From contig CAYHHX010000001.1 of assembly GCA_964356545.1 (NCBI GenBank), positions 1,918 through 65,917 on the forward strand: a stretch of 64,000 nt of DNA, given 5' to 3'. The position numbers and the translations under genes are program-made. Each line of letters starts with the position of its first letter. Position 1 is the first letter of the stretch. This stretch comes from an uncultured Candidatus Saccharibacteria bacterium (lineage in GTDB: Bacteria; Patescibacteriota; Minisyncoccia; Minisyncoccales; Staskawiczbacteraceae). The notes under the pieces were generated by a model. The model was not told the DNA's origin. It ran no database searches and worked only from the letters and a program-made list of their open reading frames with translations. Below, one piece after another: positions 1-9,415 of this stretch.

Positions 1-258
1 ACTAAAACAAGGCCTAAAGTTCATTATATCTGGAGAAAAAGAAGGGTATTTTTACGGGCAAGAAGAATGTTTAAAAATTCTATTTTAAGATTTCCTGCGC
101 TTTTTCCAGACAGACAAAGTATTTCAGCTATTTTAAGCACAGAAGAAATGGCAACAATATTTCACTTCCCAATGAAAATTACAGGTTTAGTTGCTCCAAC
201 CATGTCGAGAGTTGAGTCTAAAAAAGGAGGACCACCTCCTAATTTACCAGTTGAATAA
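1..258 (+). CDS. Hypothetical protein, C-terminal part. The reading frame is open from the window edge.
   Basis: Frame 1 has no stop from nt 1 to the TAA at 256-258. The first in-window Met is at 67. No motif recognised. Confidence 0.3.
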   Translation, partial: TKTRPKVHYIWRKRRVFLRARRMFKNSILRFPALFPDRQSISAILSTEEMATIFHFPMKITGLVAPTMSRVESKKGGPPPNLPVE

Positions 259-271
259 TATTATTTAGTTT

Positions 272-2083
272 ATGAAAACCGATATAACATTTTTTGGGTT
301 AACCAGTTTTCGCAATGCAAAGAAAAAATTCGGAATAAAAACCGACGACAGACGCCGTCATTTTTATGTTATAGGTAAAACAGGCATGGGAAAATCAAAT
401 ATGATGGAGAATATGGCAATTCAGGATATACAGGCGGGTCGCGGAGTAGCTTATATTGACCCTCATGGAGAAGGAGCAGAAAAAATTCTTGATTTTGTGC
501 CAGCCGAAAGAATTAATGATGTCATTTATATTAATCCTTCCGACTTAGATTACCCGATTGCTTTTAATGTTATGGAAAAGGTTGATTTTCGACATAGGCA
601 TTTGGTGGCATCTGGATTAATGGGAGTATTTAAAAAAGTTTGGCCTGATGTTTGGTCGGCCCGTATGGAATATATTTTAAATAATTCTATTTTAGCTCTT
701 TTAGAATACCCAGATGCAACGCTTTTAGGAGTTAACAGAATGTTTGCTGACATAGAATATAGAAAAAAAGTGGTTGATAAAATTACAGATCCTATAGTTA
801 AATCATTTTGGGTTACTGAATATGCCAGATACACTCAGAGATATGAAATAGAGGCAACGGCTGCTATTCAAAATAAAGTTGGACAGTTCATTTCAAATCC
901 TTTAATCAGAAACATCGTTGGTCAAGTAAAATCAACCATTAATATGAGAGACATAATGGACCAGCAAAAGATATTGATTATGAATTTATCAAAAGGAAGA
1001 ATAGGAGAAGATAATTCAAAACTTTTAGGAGCTTTGTTGATTACGAAATTACAACTTGGCGCAATGTCTCGCGTTGATATGCCAGAAGAAGATAGAAAAG
1101 ATTTTTATCTTTATGTTGACGAATTTCAAAATTTTGCCACAGAATCTTTTACTAATATATTGTCTGAAGCCAGAAAATACAGGCTAAACCTTATTTTAGG
1201 TCATCAATATATTACTCAAATGGAAGAAACCGTCAGAGATGCTGTTTTTGGAAATGTTGGCACATTGGTTGTTTTTCGCGTTGGAGCCGAAGACGCTGAA
1301 TTTTTAGAAAAAGAATTTAATCCAGAATTTACTGCCGTAGATTTATGTAATCTACCAAAATATAATATATATTTAAAGTTAATGATTGATGGAATAGCCG
1401 GTCACCCTTTTTCAGCAGAAACTCTTCCCCCGCCAATTTTAACAGATATATCAAATAAAGATAAAATAATTAAGGCATCTCAAGAAAAATATGGAGTTAA
1501 AAGTGAAATAGTCCAAGAAAATATTTCACGGTGGTCAGGTTTTTTAAAAGAAGAATTAGCTGAACAGCCAGTAAGGCCACCAATAAAAATAGAACAAAAC
1601 ACTAAAAAAGAAACAGAATTAGGCACAATAAAAGTTGTCAATTCAAACGAACAAATAACTCTTTACGACGCTATTTGTTCTATGTGTCAAAAGCCAACTA
1701 AGGTTATTTTTCAGCCAGAAGAAGGACGGCCAATCTATTGTAAATCTTGTTTAAAAAAGATAAAATCACCAACGAAAGAACTTGTTCCTCGCGAGCGAGA
1801 GCAGAATAATAATGCAGAAAAATTTAATAAAATAGAAAATATTCCTTTTCATAATCCTAAAAAAATACAATCGCAAAAACCAATAAGAAAAGAAATCAAT
1901 TTATCTGATCTCAAAAAAGCATTAGAGGAGTCACTTGAAGATAAAGAACTATCTGCAGATACAGAAGATTTAGAAGTAGAAAAAATAGATAGTAAAAAAC
2001 CAGATATTACACAGACAACAGAAGATAAGCTTAATCAGCAAAAAAAGGGAGTGATTAATCCAGGTCAGATAGTAAAACTTTAA
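272..2083 (+). CDS. TraG/TraD/VirD4-family coupling-protein-like P-loop ATPase with a C-terminal CxxC...CxxC zinc ribbon and a Lys/Glu-rich tail.
   Basis: Walker A 'VIGKTGMGKSN', Walker B-like 'LYVDEFQNF' and 'RKYRLNLILGHQYITQ' are typical of T4SS DNA-transfer coupling ATPases. 'CSMCQ...CKSC' forms a zinc ribbon. The low-complexity K/E tail is not typical. Confidence 0.55.
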   Translation: MKTDITFFGLTSFRNAKKKFGIKTDDRRRHFYVIGKTGMGKSNMMENMAIQDIQAGRGVAYIDPHGEGAEKILDFVPAERINDVIYINPSDLDYPIAFNVMEKVDFRHRHLVASGLMGVFKKVWPDVWSARMEYILNNSILALLEYPDATLLGVNRMFADIEYRKKVVDKITDPIVKSFWVTEYARYTQRYEIEATAAIQNKVGQFISNPLIRNIVGQVKSTINMRDIMDQQKILIMNLSKGRIGEDNSKLLGALLITKLQLGAMSRVDMPEEDRKDFYLYVDEFQNFATESFTNILSEARKYRLNLILGHQYITQMEETVRDAVFGNVGTLVVFRVGAEDAEFLEKEFNPEFTAVDLCNLPKYNIYLKLMIDGIAGHPFSAETLPPPILTDISNKDKIIKASQEKYGVKSEIVQENISRWSGFLKEELAEQPVRPPIKIEQNTKKETELGTIKVVNSNEQITLYDAICSMCQKPTKVIFQPEEGRPIYCKSCLKKIKSPTKELVPREREQNNNAEKFNKIENIPFHNPKKIQSQKPIRKEINLSDLKKALEESLEDKELSADTEDLEVEKIDSKKPDITQTTEDKLNQQKKGVINPGQIVKL

Positions 2084-2094
2084 CTATTTTATTT

Positions 2095-3141
2095 ATGTTC
2101 AAATCCGTAAGAGACTTTGATGTTGCAGAAAAAAGGGTTTTAGTTAGGTGTGATTTTAATGTTCCGTTAGATAATAATGGTAATATTTTAGATGATTTTA
2201 AAATTATACAAACTCTTGACACAATTAAGTATTTGACAAAAAACAACGCAAAAATAATTTTAATGAGTCATTTAGGTGAGCCAAAAGGTAAAGTGATAGA
2301 TATTTTAAAATTAGATAAAGTAAAAGAAAAACTCGAAGAATTATTAGGCACAACTATTATAAAAACCGATGATTGTATTGGTAGAGAAGTTTTGCAAAAA
2401 GTTTCAAATTTAGAAAATGGTCAAATTTTATTATTAGAGAATTTGAGGTTTTATAAAGAAGAAACAGATAACGACTTAGCATTTGCTAAACAACTTTCAC
2501 AATTAGGCGAGATATATATTAATGATGCGTTTGGTGACTGTCATAGAAATGATGCGTCAGTTGTGGGCGTGCCAAAGTTTTTACCGCACGGCGCAGGATT
2601 TTTGCTCGAAAAAGAAATCATAGTACTAGATAAAATTATGAAAAATCCAGAAAAACCAATGATAGTTATAATTGGCGGTAAAAAAGTAGAAACTAAAACA
2701 AAATTTGTTAATACAATATCTAAAGTGGCAGATTTTGTTATAATAAGCGGATTAATAAAAAAAGAAGCAATTGAAAAGAAAATAGAATTTAATTTTCCAA
2801 AAAAAATAATAGGACCAGAAGACTCTTTAGACGAGTTAGACATTGATGAAAAAACCATAGAGTTATTTAGAGAAAAAATATTAGTTTCTAAAACTATTTT
2901 ATGGAATGGGCCTTTTGGTAAATTTGAAGATAATAATTATAAAAAAGGTACTTTGGAGATAGCTAAAGCAATTATCGAGAGTAAAGCGTATTCTGTGGTT
3001 GGCGGAGGAGAGACAATCGATTTTTTAAATAATGAGAGCTTGCTTTCAAATTTTTCACATGTTTGTACTGGAGGAGGAGCAATGCTACAATATTTGAGTG
3101 GAGATAAATTACCGGGCATTGAATCATTAGAAAATGACTAA
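2095..3141 (+). CDS. pgk: Phosphoglycerate kinase (a short form).
   Basis: N-terminal 'VRCDFNVPLD...ILMSHLGEPKG' and C-terminal 'CTGGGAMLQYLSGDKLPGI' are PGK hallmarks. Confidence 0.85.
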   Translation: MFKSVRDFDVAEKRVLVRCDFNVPLDNNGNILDDFKIIQTLDTIKYLTKNNAKIILMSHLGEPKGKVIDILKLDKVKEKLEELLGTTIIKTDDCIGREVLQKVSNLENGQILLLENLRFYKEETDNDLAFAKQLSQLGEIYINDAFGDCHRNDASVVGVPKFLPHGAGFLLEKEIIVLDKIMKNPEKPMIVIIGGKKVETKTKFVNTISKVADFVIISGLIKKEAIEKKIEFNFPKKIIGPEDSLDELDIDEKTIELFREKILVSKTILWNGPFGKFEDNNYKKGTLEIAKAIIESKAYSVVGGGETIDFLNNESLLSNFSHVCTGGGAMLQYLSGDKLPGIESLEND

Positions 3142-4294
3142 ATTTAAAAACTTAGAAAAAGTGGCAGAAAGAATTAAAAAAGCGGTCTTAAATAAAGAGC
3201 GTATTATTTTGTATGGAGATTCTGATTTAGACGGTATATCGTCGGTTGTTATTTTAGAAGAAACTATCAAAAATTTAGGCGGTGAAGTTTCTGCTGTGTT
3301 TTTTCCAGACAGGGAAAAAAATGGCTATGGCATTAACTCAAATGCTTTAGAAATTTTAAAAGATAAGGCTCCCGCCCTTTTTATTACATTAGACCTTGGT
3401 ATAGGTAATATTAAAGAAGTGGAAATTGCCAAAAAATTAAATTTTGAAGTAATAATTATTGATCATCACGAACCTTTAAATAGTATCCCAGATATTCCTC
3501 TAATTATTGATCCCAAACAAAAAGATGATGATTGTCTTTTTAAAGGCATGGCTAATGTTGGAGTTACCTTTAAACTTTGTGAAGAAATTTTAGGAGATAA
3601 AATTTCAGAGAATCTAAGAAATAGTTTTTTAGAATTAGTTGCGCTAGGCACTATTTCTGATATGGTTCCTCAAATAGATGAAAATCAAAAATTTATTGAA
3701 GACGGGTTAAGGTCTTTAAAAAGCACATTTCGCCCGGCATTAAGGGCCTTTTTAAATGTTTTGGGAGAAGGTTATGTTTTTCAAGGAGCCATACAAAAGA
3801 TTATTTCGGCTTTAAATGCAGCAGAAAGTATAAATTACCAAAATGATTCTTATTTACTTTTAACTTCTTCTTCTGCTGAAAAATGCAGAGAAATTGCAGA
3901 AGATTTAATTAATAGAACTAATTATAAACAACAAAAAATTAAAGAAATTACACAAGAAGTAGAAAGAAGAATTAATCAAAAACCAGATGCGCTAATTATT
4001 TTTGAAGGAGACCCTGCTTGGAAATTAACATTAGCAGGTTCTGTTGCTTCAATTATTGCCCAAAGATACGAAAAACCAACTTTTATTTTTAAAAAGGGAG
4101 ATATAGAATCTTGTGGTTCTGTGAGAAGCCTTAAAGAAGGGTATAATTCTGTTGATGCAATGAAAACTTGCGAAGATTTTTTAATAACTTATGGCGGTCA
4201 TGCCAAGGCGTCAGGATTTAGATTAAAAAACGAAGATTTAGAAAAATTTGAAAAATGCTTAAACGAATATTTTAAAAATAGAAATAATAAATAA
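3134..4294 (+). CDS. DHH/DHHA1 phosphoesterase (NrnA/RecJ-like oligoribonuclease or pAp phosphatase).
   Basis: 'DSDLDGISS' and 'IIIDHHEP' give the DHH motifs. 'YGGHAKASGF' is the DHHA1 GGGH motif. Confidence 0.75.
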   Translation: MTKFKNLEKVAERIKKAVLNKERIILYGDSDLDGISSVVILEETIKNLGGEVSAVFFPDREKNGYGINSNALEILKDKAPALFITLDLGIGNIKEVEIAKKLNFEVIIIDHHEPLNSIPDIPLIIDPKQKDDDCLFKGMANVGVTFKLCEEILGDKISENLRNSFLELVALGTISDMVPQIDENQKFIEDGLRSLKSTFRPALRAFLNVLGEGYVFQGAIQKIISALNAAESINYQNDSYLLLTSSSAEKCREIAEDLINRTNYKQQKIKEITQEVERRINQKPDALIIFEGDPAWKLTLAGSVASIIAQRYEKPTFIFKKGDIESCGSVRSLKEGYNSVDAMKTCEDFLITYGGHAKASGFRLKNEDLEKFEKCLNEYFKNRNNK

Positions 4295-4398
4295 CTATTG
4301 AAAAGGTAGATAGATGAATGAAATTAAACTTTAAACACAGTTTTACATATTTAAACTTATATGTTAAACTTTAAATATAGATAATAGTATTAAAAGTT

Positions 4399-5529
4399 AT
4401 GAAATCAACATTTAAGGCTGGTATATATAAACAGCAATTTGAGTATAAAAGTTTTAGTCCTCTCCCAATTAATAAACCTTTTGAATGGGAAGACAAAAAA
4501 ATAAACATATTGTCTGATGAAGCAATGCGGCTTTTGGGTGAGCTTAACGCCTATTCTAGTCTTGTACCAGATGTTGATTATTTCATCCTTATGCATATTA
4601 TAAAGGAAGCTACTACTTCAAGCAGAATTGAGGGCACAAAAACAGGTATTGATGAAGCATTGCTTTCAAAGGATGATATTAATCCGGAAAAACGCGATGA
4701 TTGGAAAGAAGTTCAAAACTATATTGAAGCAATCAATTATTCTATTAAAGAATTAGATACTGTGGCTTTATCTATGAGGATTCTGAAAGGTGCACATAAA
4801 ATACTTTTAACTAGTGTAAGAGGAGAACATAAAACACCTGGCGAAATACGAATAAGTCAAAATTGGATTGGCGGATCAAATTTAAAAGATGCATTTTTTA
4901 TACCGCCCCATCCAGACGAAGTTAGTGAATTAATTTCTGATCTTCAACTATTTTGGCATAATAAAAATCTTCAAATACCATTGCTTATTAAAGTTGCTAT
5001 GAGTCATTATCAATTTGAAACCATTCATCCATTTTTAGATGGTAATGGAAGAATTGGGCGTCTTTTAATGACTCTTCAATTAGTAGATGCTAAAGTATTA
5101 AAAAAACCAACTCTTTATCTTTCTGATTTTTTTGAAAGAAATAAAGGTTCATATTATGATTCTTTGACTATAGTTAGGTCTTCAAATAATATTGAACAAT
5201 GGATTAAGTTTTTTCTATCGGGAGTCATTGAGATTGCCAACAAAGGCAAATTAACTTTCGAAAAGATAATAGAATTACGTCAAAAGTATGAACAAAAAAT
5301 AATGAAATTAGGTCGTCGAGCAGAAATCGGTCAGCGATTTTTAATTGCATTATTTTCCCAGCCAATTATGAATGTCAATCAAATTGTAAAAGAATTAAAT
5401 ACTACTTTTCCTACGGCCTCAAAATTGGCTGAAGAATTCGAAAAGGTTAGTATTTTAAGAGAAGTCACTGGTTTTTCTAGAAACCGTTCTTTTGAGTTAT
5501 TCGAGTATGTAGAACTATTTAGAAAATAA
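4399..5529 (+). CDS. Fic/DOC family protein (AMPylation or related activity).
   Basis: Canonical Fic motif '[12 protein letters not shown]'. Overall length and N-terminal extension are typical of Fic proteins with a C-terminal wHTH. Confidence 0.85.
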   Translation: MKSTFKAGIYKQQFEYKSFSPLPINKPFEWEDKKINILSDEAMRLLGELNAYSSLVPDVDYFILMHIIKEATTSSRIEGTKTGIDEALLSKDDINPEKRDDWKEVQNYIEAINYSIKELDTVALSMRILKGAHKILLTSVRGEHKTPGEIRISQNWIGGSNLKDAFFIPPHPDEVSELISDLQLFWHNKNLQIPLLIKVAMSHYQFETIHPFLDGNGRIGRLLMTLQLVDAKVLKKPTLYLSDFFERNKGSYYDSLTIVRSSNNIEQWIKFFLSGVIEIANKGKLTFEKIIELRQKYEQKIMKLGRRAEIGQRFLIALFSQPIMNVNQIVKELNTTFPTASKLAEEFEKVSILREVTGFSRNRSFELFEYVELFRK

Positions 5530-5559
5530 AAATTTAAAGATTAATTAAGAAATAAAAAT

Positions 5560-6165
5560 ATGGATTTGAGTCAATTGACGGAAGAAGATTTTAAAGTATA
5601 TTTAATAAAAAAATTAAATAGAATATATAGTGGGTGGATTGATGGAGACAAAAATAATATTACAAACAAAACGGCCGATCTAATAAATGAACCGCTAAAA
5701 TTTGCGATTGAAATAAAAGATGACAAAACATACAAACATAAGTTTCCTCCCTTGACTGGAGAAATGATCACTAGTGGACTAGATTTGAACAATAAAAGTG
5801 AACAGTTTAAGAATCATGCAAGAGATGCAAATAAAAAATTCAAAAATTATTTAAATTATAAAACAATACTTTTAATTCGTACAGAATTAATAAATATTCC
5901 TCTTGATGTTATCGGTTATATCTTTAGCGGTATGCAGAGATTTATTAAGCCAGGTAACCGACTCATGGAAATAGGAAGAAAAAATAAGTTCCTTTCTAAA
6001 ACTAATACTACTGAAATAGGTTGCTATTTATTATTTGGGAACAATAACTATTTTTATATTGAAAATCCGAATGCAAGTTTACATAGAATTGTTTATGAAA
6101 ATATTGTAGAAAAGATATTTCAAGAAAAATTAGAAAAAATAAGAATTAATTATAAAGTAAAATAA
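5560..6165 (+). CDS. Hypothetical protein.
   Basis: 201-aa ORF in an operon-like position. Its stop overlaps the rnhA start (ATGA). No recognisable motif. Confidence 0.4.
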   Translation: MDLSQLTEEDFKVYLIKKLNRIYSGWIDGDKNNITNKTADLINEPLKFAIEIKDDKTYKHKFPPLTGEMITSGLDLNNKSEQFKNHARDANKKFKNYLNYKTILLIRTELINIPLDVIGYIFSGMQRFIKPGNRLMEIGRKNKFLSKTNTTEIGCYLLFGNNNYFYIENPNASLHRIVYENIVEKIFQEKLEKIRINYKVK

Positions 6166-6608
6166 TGAAGAAAATAATTATTTATACAGACGGAGGGTCG
6201 AGAGGAAATCCTGGTAAAGCGGCGCTTGGGGTTGTTTTTTGTAATGAAAAAGAACAGGTTATAAAAAAATACGGAGAATACTTGGGCGATAATTTAACAA
6301 ATAATGAAGCAGAGTATTCAGCTGTAATTTTTGCCCTAAAAAAGTTTAAGGCGTTTTTTGGTAAAGCCGTAGCAGAAATTAGTGAAATTGAAATAAGATC
6401 TGATTCGGAATTATTGGTAAAACAAATGAATGGCGAATATAAAATTTTAGACGAAAAAATTCAAAAGTTTTTTATAGAAATTTGGAATTTAAAAATGGAT
6501 TTTAAGGCAGTAAAATTTAAGTCTATTCCCAGAGAAAATAACAAAGAAGCCGATAGAATGGTAAACGAGGCCTTAGACGGCCACGCAGGGAGTCAAAAGT
6601 TATTTTAA
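6165..6608 (+). CDS. rnhA: Ribonuclease HI.
   Basis: 'IYTDGGSRGNPG', 'EAEYSAVIFAL', 'IRSDSELLVKQMNGEYK' and 'EADRMVNEAL' match the RNase H catalytic DEDD layout. Confidence 0.8.
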   Translation: MKKIIIYTDGGSRGNPGKAALGVVFCNEKEQVIKKYGEYLGDNLTNNEAEYSAVIFALKKFKAFFGKAVAEISEIEIRSDSELLVKQMNGEYKILDEKIQKFFIEIWNLKMDFKAVKFKSIPRENNKEADRMVNEALDGHAGSQKLF

Positions 6609-6618
6609 ATTCACATCT

Positions 6619-6647
6619 TGACAACCACCATTAATAGGTGTATAATT
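6619..6647 (+). promoter_or_regulatory. Consensus sigma70 promoter (TTGACA-N17-TATAAT) at the head of the G+C-rich island.
   Basis: Sequence 'cTTGACAaccaccattaataggtgTATAATt' is a perfect -35/-10 with a 17-nt spacer. The spacer contains the REP half-site 'caaccaccatt'. Confidence 0.6.
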
Positions 6648-6797
6648 AAGTAGTAGTTAAGAATAGCACTTTTACAACATAAATTACTTGCAAGAAAACA
6701 GTCATAGCCAAAAGCTATTAAGAAATTGATAGTTTTTGGCTATGACTGCCAACTTCGGAAGTCAAGCACACACTTTTTTCAAGAAAAGGATGACGCC

Positions 6798-7040
6798 ATG
6801 ACAAAGCTCGTGACCGCATCGCAACAGCTCATGACCGACGGCCAGATCGACAACATCGTCGACAAGTTTCGTGCCGCCCTCCGCAAGCATCGTTCTGAGA
6901 TTTCCTTGAACATTGCCCAGGAGATCGTCGGTATTGAGAACCTCGGCATGGAGTGCTACGAGCCGATTCGTAAGCATGTGGAAGCTCGGAGTAATCAGAT
7001 TGTTCGTATCGTCAATGTCAATCGTATTCGTAGTGCGTAG
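6798..7040 (+). CDS. Hypothetical 80-aa protein in the G+C-rich island.
   Basis: ATG at 6798 preceded by 'aaaagga' as an SD. G+C-rich codon usage is unlike the flanks. Ends at TAG 7038-7040, in frame with the next ORF. Confidence 0.45.
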   Translation: MTKLVTASQQLMTDGQIDNIVDKFRAALRKHRSEISLNIAQEIVGIENLGMECYEPIRKHVEARSNQIVRIVNVNRIRSA

Positions 7041-7064
7041 GCAGCGCTCAATGCCACTGGTTGT

Positions 7065-7412
7065 GTGCAGTACATCGACCGTAAGGTCGTGGACAGCATG
7101 CCACGCGGCGAAGGCAAAGAAGTCGAAGTCGTATTCTTCAACCTCGGCCGATACATCAGCGACGCCGACCTCGACAAGGAGTACGAACTGCTTGGTTTCA
7201 AACCAGCAGATCCCTACTCTTTGTCCGCAGTCAACGAAGAAGATCAGGCATTTGCCGACACCAAGCCCAACGCCACTCATTGGAAGGACGAGAATGGCAA
7301 GTTGTGTTATGCCGCCTTCGACCGGTGGTTCGGCGTCGAGCGGTACGTGCGTGTCCGCCGCTTCGGCATTGGCTGGCGTGGCCACTGGTGGTTTGCTGGC
7401 GTCAGCAAGTAA
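7065..7412 (+). CDS. Hypothetical acidic protein, same frame as 6798..7040. The two may be one gene interrupted by, or reading through, the amber codon.
   Basis: Sense-looking G+C-rich ORF ('...DENGKLCYAAFDRWFGVERYVRVRRFGIGWRGHWWF'). Starts are GTG 7065 or ATG 7098. Followed by a perfect intrinsic terminator. Confidence 0.4.
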   Translation: MQYIDRKVVDSMPRGEGKEVEVVFFNLGRYISDADLDKEYELLGFKPADPYSLSAVNEEDQAFADTKPNATHWKDENGKLCYAAFDRWFGVERYVRVRRFGIGWRGHWWFAGVSK

Positions 7413-7488
7413 TCTTCAGGTCGTTCAGACTCTGAGAGTCTTCAGACTCGAAGAGTTGCCCTTGGTTTCTTGAACCTTCGGCAACAAA

Positions 7489-7528
7489 GTCCTGTTTTGC
7501 AATTGCAAAACAGGACTTCTTTTTTTTG
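7489..7528 (+). terminator. Rho-independent terminator closing the G+C-rich island.
   Basis: 'agtcctgttttgcaa|ttgcaaaacaggact' is a 15-bp perfect stem followed by T8. Confidence 0.75.
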
Positions 7529-7701
7529 TTTCAATATGATAATATAATAATCGGATAGTAGGCTATTATCAAGTCTGCGGTCAAGGCTTCAGACAACCCA
7601 ATTCCATATTTCAGGATTGTGTAGATCGGCCTCCTAAAACATGGCAACACAAAGAAGATTAAAGGTGTGGTCTTAAAATTATACAGTCAAAACTTTATTG
7701 C

Positions 7702-7730
7702 TTGACAAAGGTGTTTTTAATTAGTACTAT
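7702..7730 (+). promoter_or_regulatory. Promoter of rnpB.
   Basis: TTGACA (7702-7707), 17-nt spacer, TACTAT (7725-7730). The inferred TSS coincides with the P1 helix start. Confidence 0.5.
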
Positions 7731-7736
7731 ATAAAT

Positions 7737-8184
7737 ATCTTAACAAGATGAGTGATTGCTCTTTATTAAATTGAGGAGAGGAAAGTCCGAACACCATCCT
7801 GAACTGATTTATCAGTGAAGGATAAAATAGTAGTGGCTAACAGCCATCCATAGTAATATGCGAGGTGCGAACAGTGACGCCGAGTTTCGAAAGAAACAAG
7901 GCACCGAGTATATAAATTTATTTATGTGCGAGGTGAATTCAACTGAAAAGTTGAAGTGAAACGGCTAAATCCTTATTGGGTGCAAGAACAAAGTCCCGCC
8001 CCCTAAGCAGTTAATTTTTATCAGGAAAAACCTGAGAGAGCTCTAATAGATATATTTTTTTGAGTTCTTGAATTACAGCATAGGGGGCGGGATTAAAAGT
8101 AGTTCGCTTGAATCAAGAAGTAATTCTTGGTCTAGACAGATAATCACATAAAACAGAATTCGGCTTACGGTCTTGTTAAGATAA
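7737..8184 (+). ncRNA. rnpB: RNase P RNA, bacterial type A.
   Basis: P4 strands 'GAGGAAAGTCCGaACac' (~7783) and 'ACAGAAttCGGCTTAcGG' (~8153). The P1 helix is formed by 7737-7748 'atcttaacaaga' pairing with 8171-8182 'tcttgttaagat'. Confidence 0.85.
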
Positions 8185-8185
8185 C

Positions 8186-8216
8186 TAAAAACAGAGAATT
8201 TATCTCTGTTTTTAGT
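8186..8216 (+). terminator. Intrinsic terminator after rnpB.
   Basis: 'aaaaacagagaatttatctctgttttt' is a hairpin followed by a T-run. Confidence 0.7.
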
Positions 8217-8275
8217 TTATAAAAGAGAGATAAAAGAATTGTAAAATCTAAAAAAAAAGATTAATATAAAAAACT

Positions 8276-8971
8276 ATGGAGTTAAATCCAAATCCAGGTA
8301 AAAATTTAATCATTGAAGTTGATGGTAGAAAATTTGCCAGGTATCCTGTACGGACAAAATTAATAACACCAGAAGACAAAGACATCTCTTTGATTGTTAA
8401 AGAATATGTGGCCTTGCACCTTATGCCAAAAGATATTGTTTTTATAAGCGAAAAAGCTGTTTCTGTAACTCAGGGCAGGTCTTATCCTAAGAAAGAAATC
8501 ATTACGACAAAAATGGCAAATTTTTTATCGCGTTTTGTAACAAAAACTCCAATTGGCATAGGACTAGGGTCGCCTGAAACAATGCAGTTGGCTATTGAAG
8601 AAGTAGGATTATTAAGAATTTTAGTAGCTTCTTTTTTTGGATATTTTTTTAAAATTTTTAATATTAAAGGAGTGTTTTATATAATAGCAGGAAGTAAAGT
8701 AAGGTCTATTGATGGAGCGGTTGAATATGCTATACCGCCATATAATACTTATGTTTCAAAGGGTCCGCTAAAAGCAAATAAGGTGGCAGAAAAAATTTCA
8801 GAAGTATTGAAAACGCCTGTTGTTATTGTTGACGCAAATGATTTTGGAGTAAATATTTTAGGGATTAGTCAAGGTATTGATAAAAAATTAATCGCTAAAA
8901 TTATTAAAGATAATCCTTTGGGGCAGTCAGATGAGCAAACTCCCATAGGCATTATCCGGGAAATTTTTTAA
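8276..8971 (+). CDS. CofE / F420-0:gamma-glutamyl ligase-like family protein.
   Basis: C-terminal 'VDANDFGVNILGISQG...GQSDEQTPIGII' resembles the CofE-family nucleotide-binding region. Size ~230 aa fits that family. Confidence 0.4.
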   Translation: MELNPNPGKNLIIEVDGRKFARYPVRTKLITPEDKDISLIVKEYVALHLMPKDIVFISEKAVSVTQGRSYPKKEIITTKMANFLSRFVTKTPIGIGLGSPETMQLAIEEVGLLRILVASFFGYFFKIFNIKGVFYIIAGSKVRSIDGAVEYAIPPYNTYVSKGPLKANKVAEKISEVLKTPVVIVDANDFGVNILGISQGIDKKLIAKIIKDNPLGQSDEQTPIGIIREIF

Positions 8972-8978
8972 AATAATA

Positions 8979-9407
8979 ATGTTACGACAAGCAGAATTAA
9001 AAGATAAAGAAAAAATTTTAGATATTGTAAATGAATTATCTTTGGATATCTCCGATTTTATTTGGGACAAAGAAGAATTTGTGGATAAGCAAATTAAAAA
9101 TGAAGAATATTTTATTATGGAAGATGAAGATAGATTAGTGGGGGTTATGAGCTTGCGCCAGCGGAGCAATAAGGTAAGCATTGAAACATTGGCGGTTAAG
9201 AAAGAATTTCAATCTAAGGGATTTGGTAGCAAATTTATAGAATTTGCCAAGCAATTTACTAAAGAGAGAGGATTTAAAGTGTTGCACGCCTATTCTTTTA
9301 GTGAGTACCAAGCCACTGATTTCTATTTAAAAAAAGGTTTTAAGGTTTTGGACCATGCGGGATATTATAAAAATCATAAATACGACTGTTTTGAATTAAC
9401 ATTATAA
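8979..9407 (+). CDS. GNAT family N-acetyltransferase.
   Basis: Acetyl-CoA binding motif 'LAVKKEFQSKGFGSKFIEFAK'. Confidence 0.75.
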   Translation: MLRQAELKDKEKILDIVNELSLDISDFIWDKEEFVDKQIKNEEYFIMEDEDRLVGVMSLRQRSNKVSIETLAVKKEFQSKGFGSKFIEFAKQFTKERGFKVLHAYSFSEYQATDFYLKKGFKVLDHAGYYKNHKYDCFELTL

Positions 9408-9415
9408 TTTTTATC

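Noticed and set aside
550-834. Antisense or overlapping ORFs inside well-supported genes (for example 550..834-, 2541..2858-, 10093..10545-, 33058..33444-, 35060..35392-, 55022..55315-)
   Set aside because: These are fully embedded in the opposite strand of genes with clear family signatures. Their composition is typical of A+T-rich antisense frames, and they have no RBS or motif support.
6762-7385. 207-aa minus-strand ORF (and the overlapping + ORF 6913..7473) across the G+C-rich island
   Set aside because: These are long open frames expected by chance in G+C-rich DNA. The plus strand carries the promoter, SD, sense-looking proteins and the terminator. The alternative frames encode Ser/Thr/Ala-rich low-complexity products.
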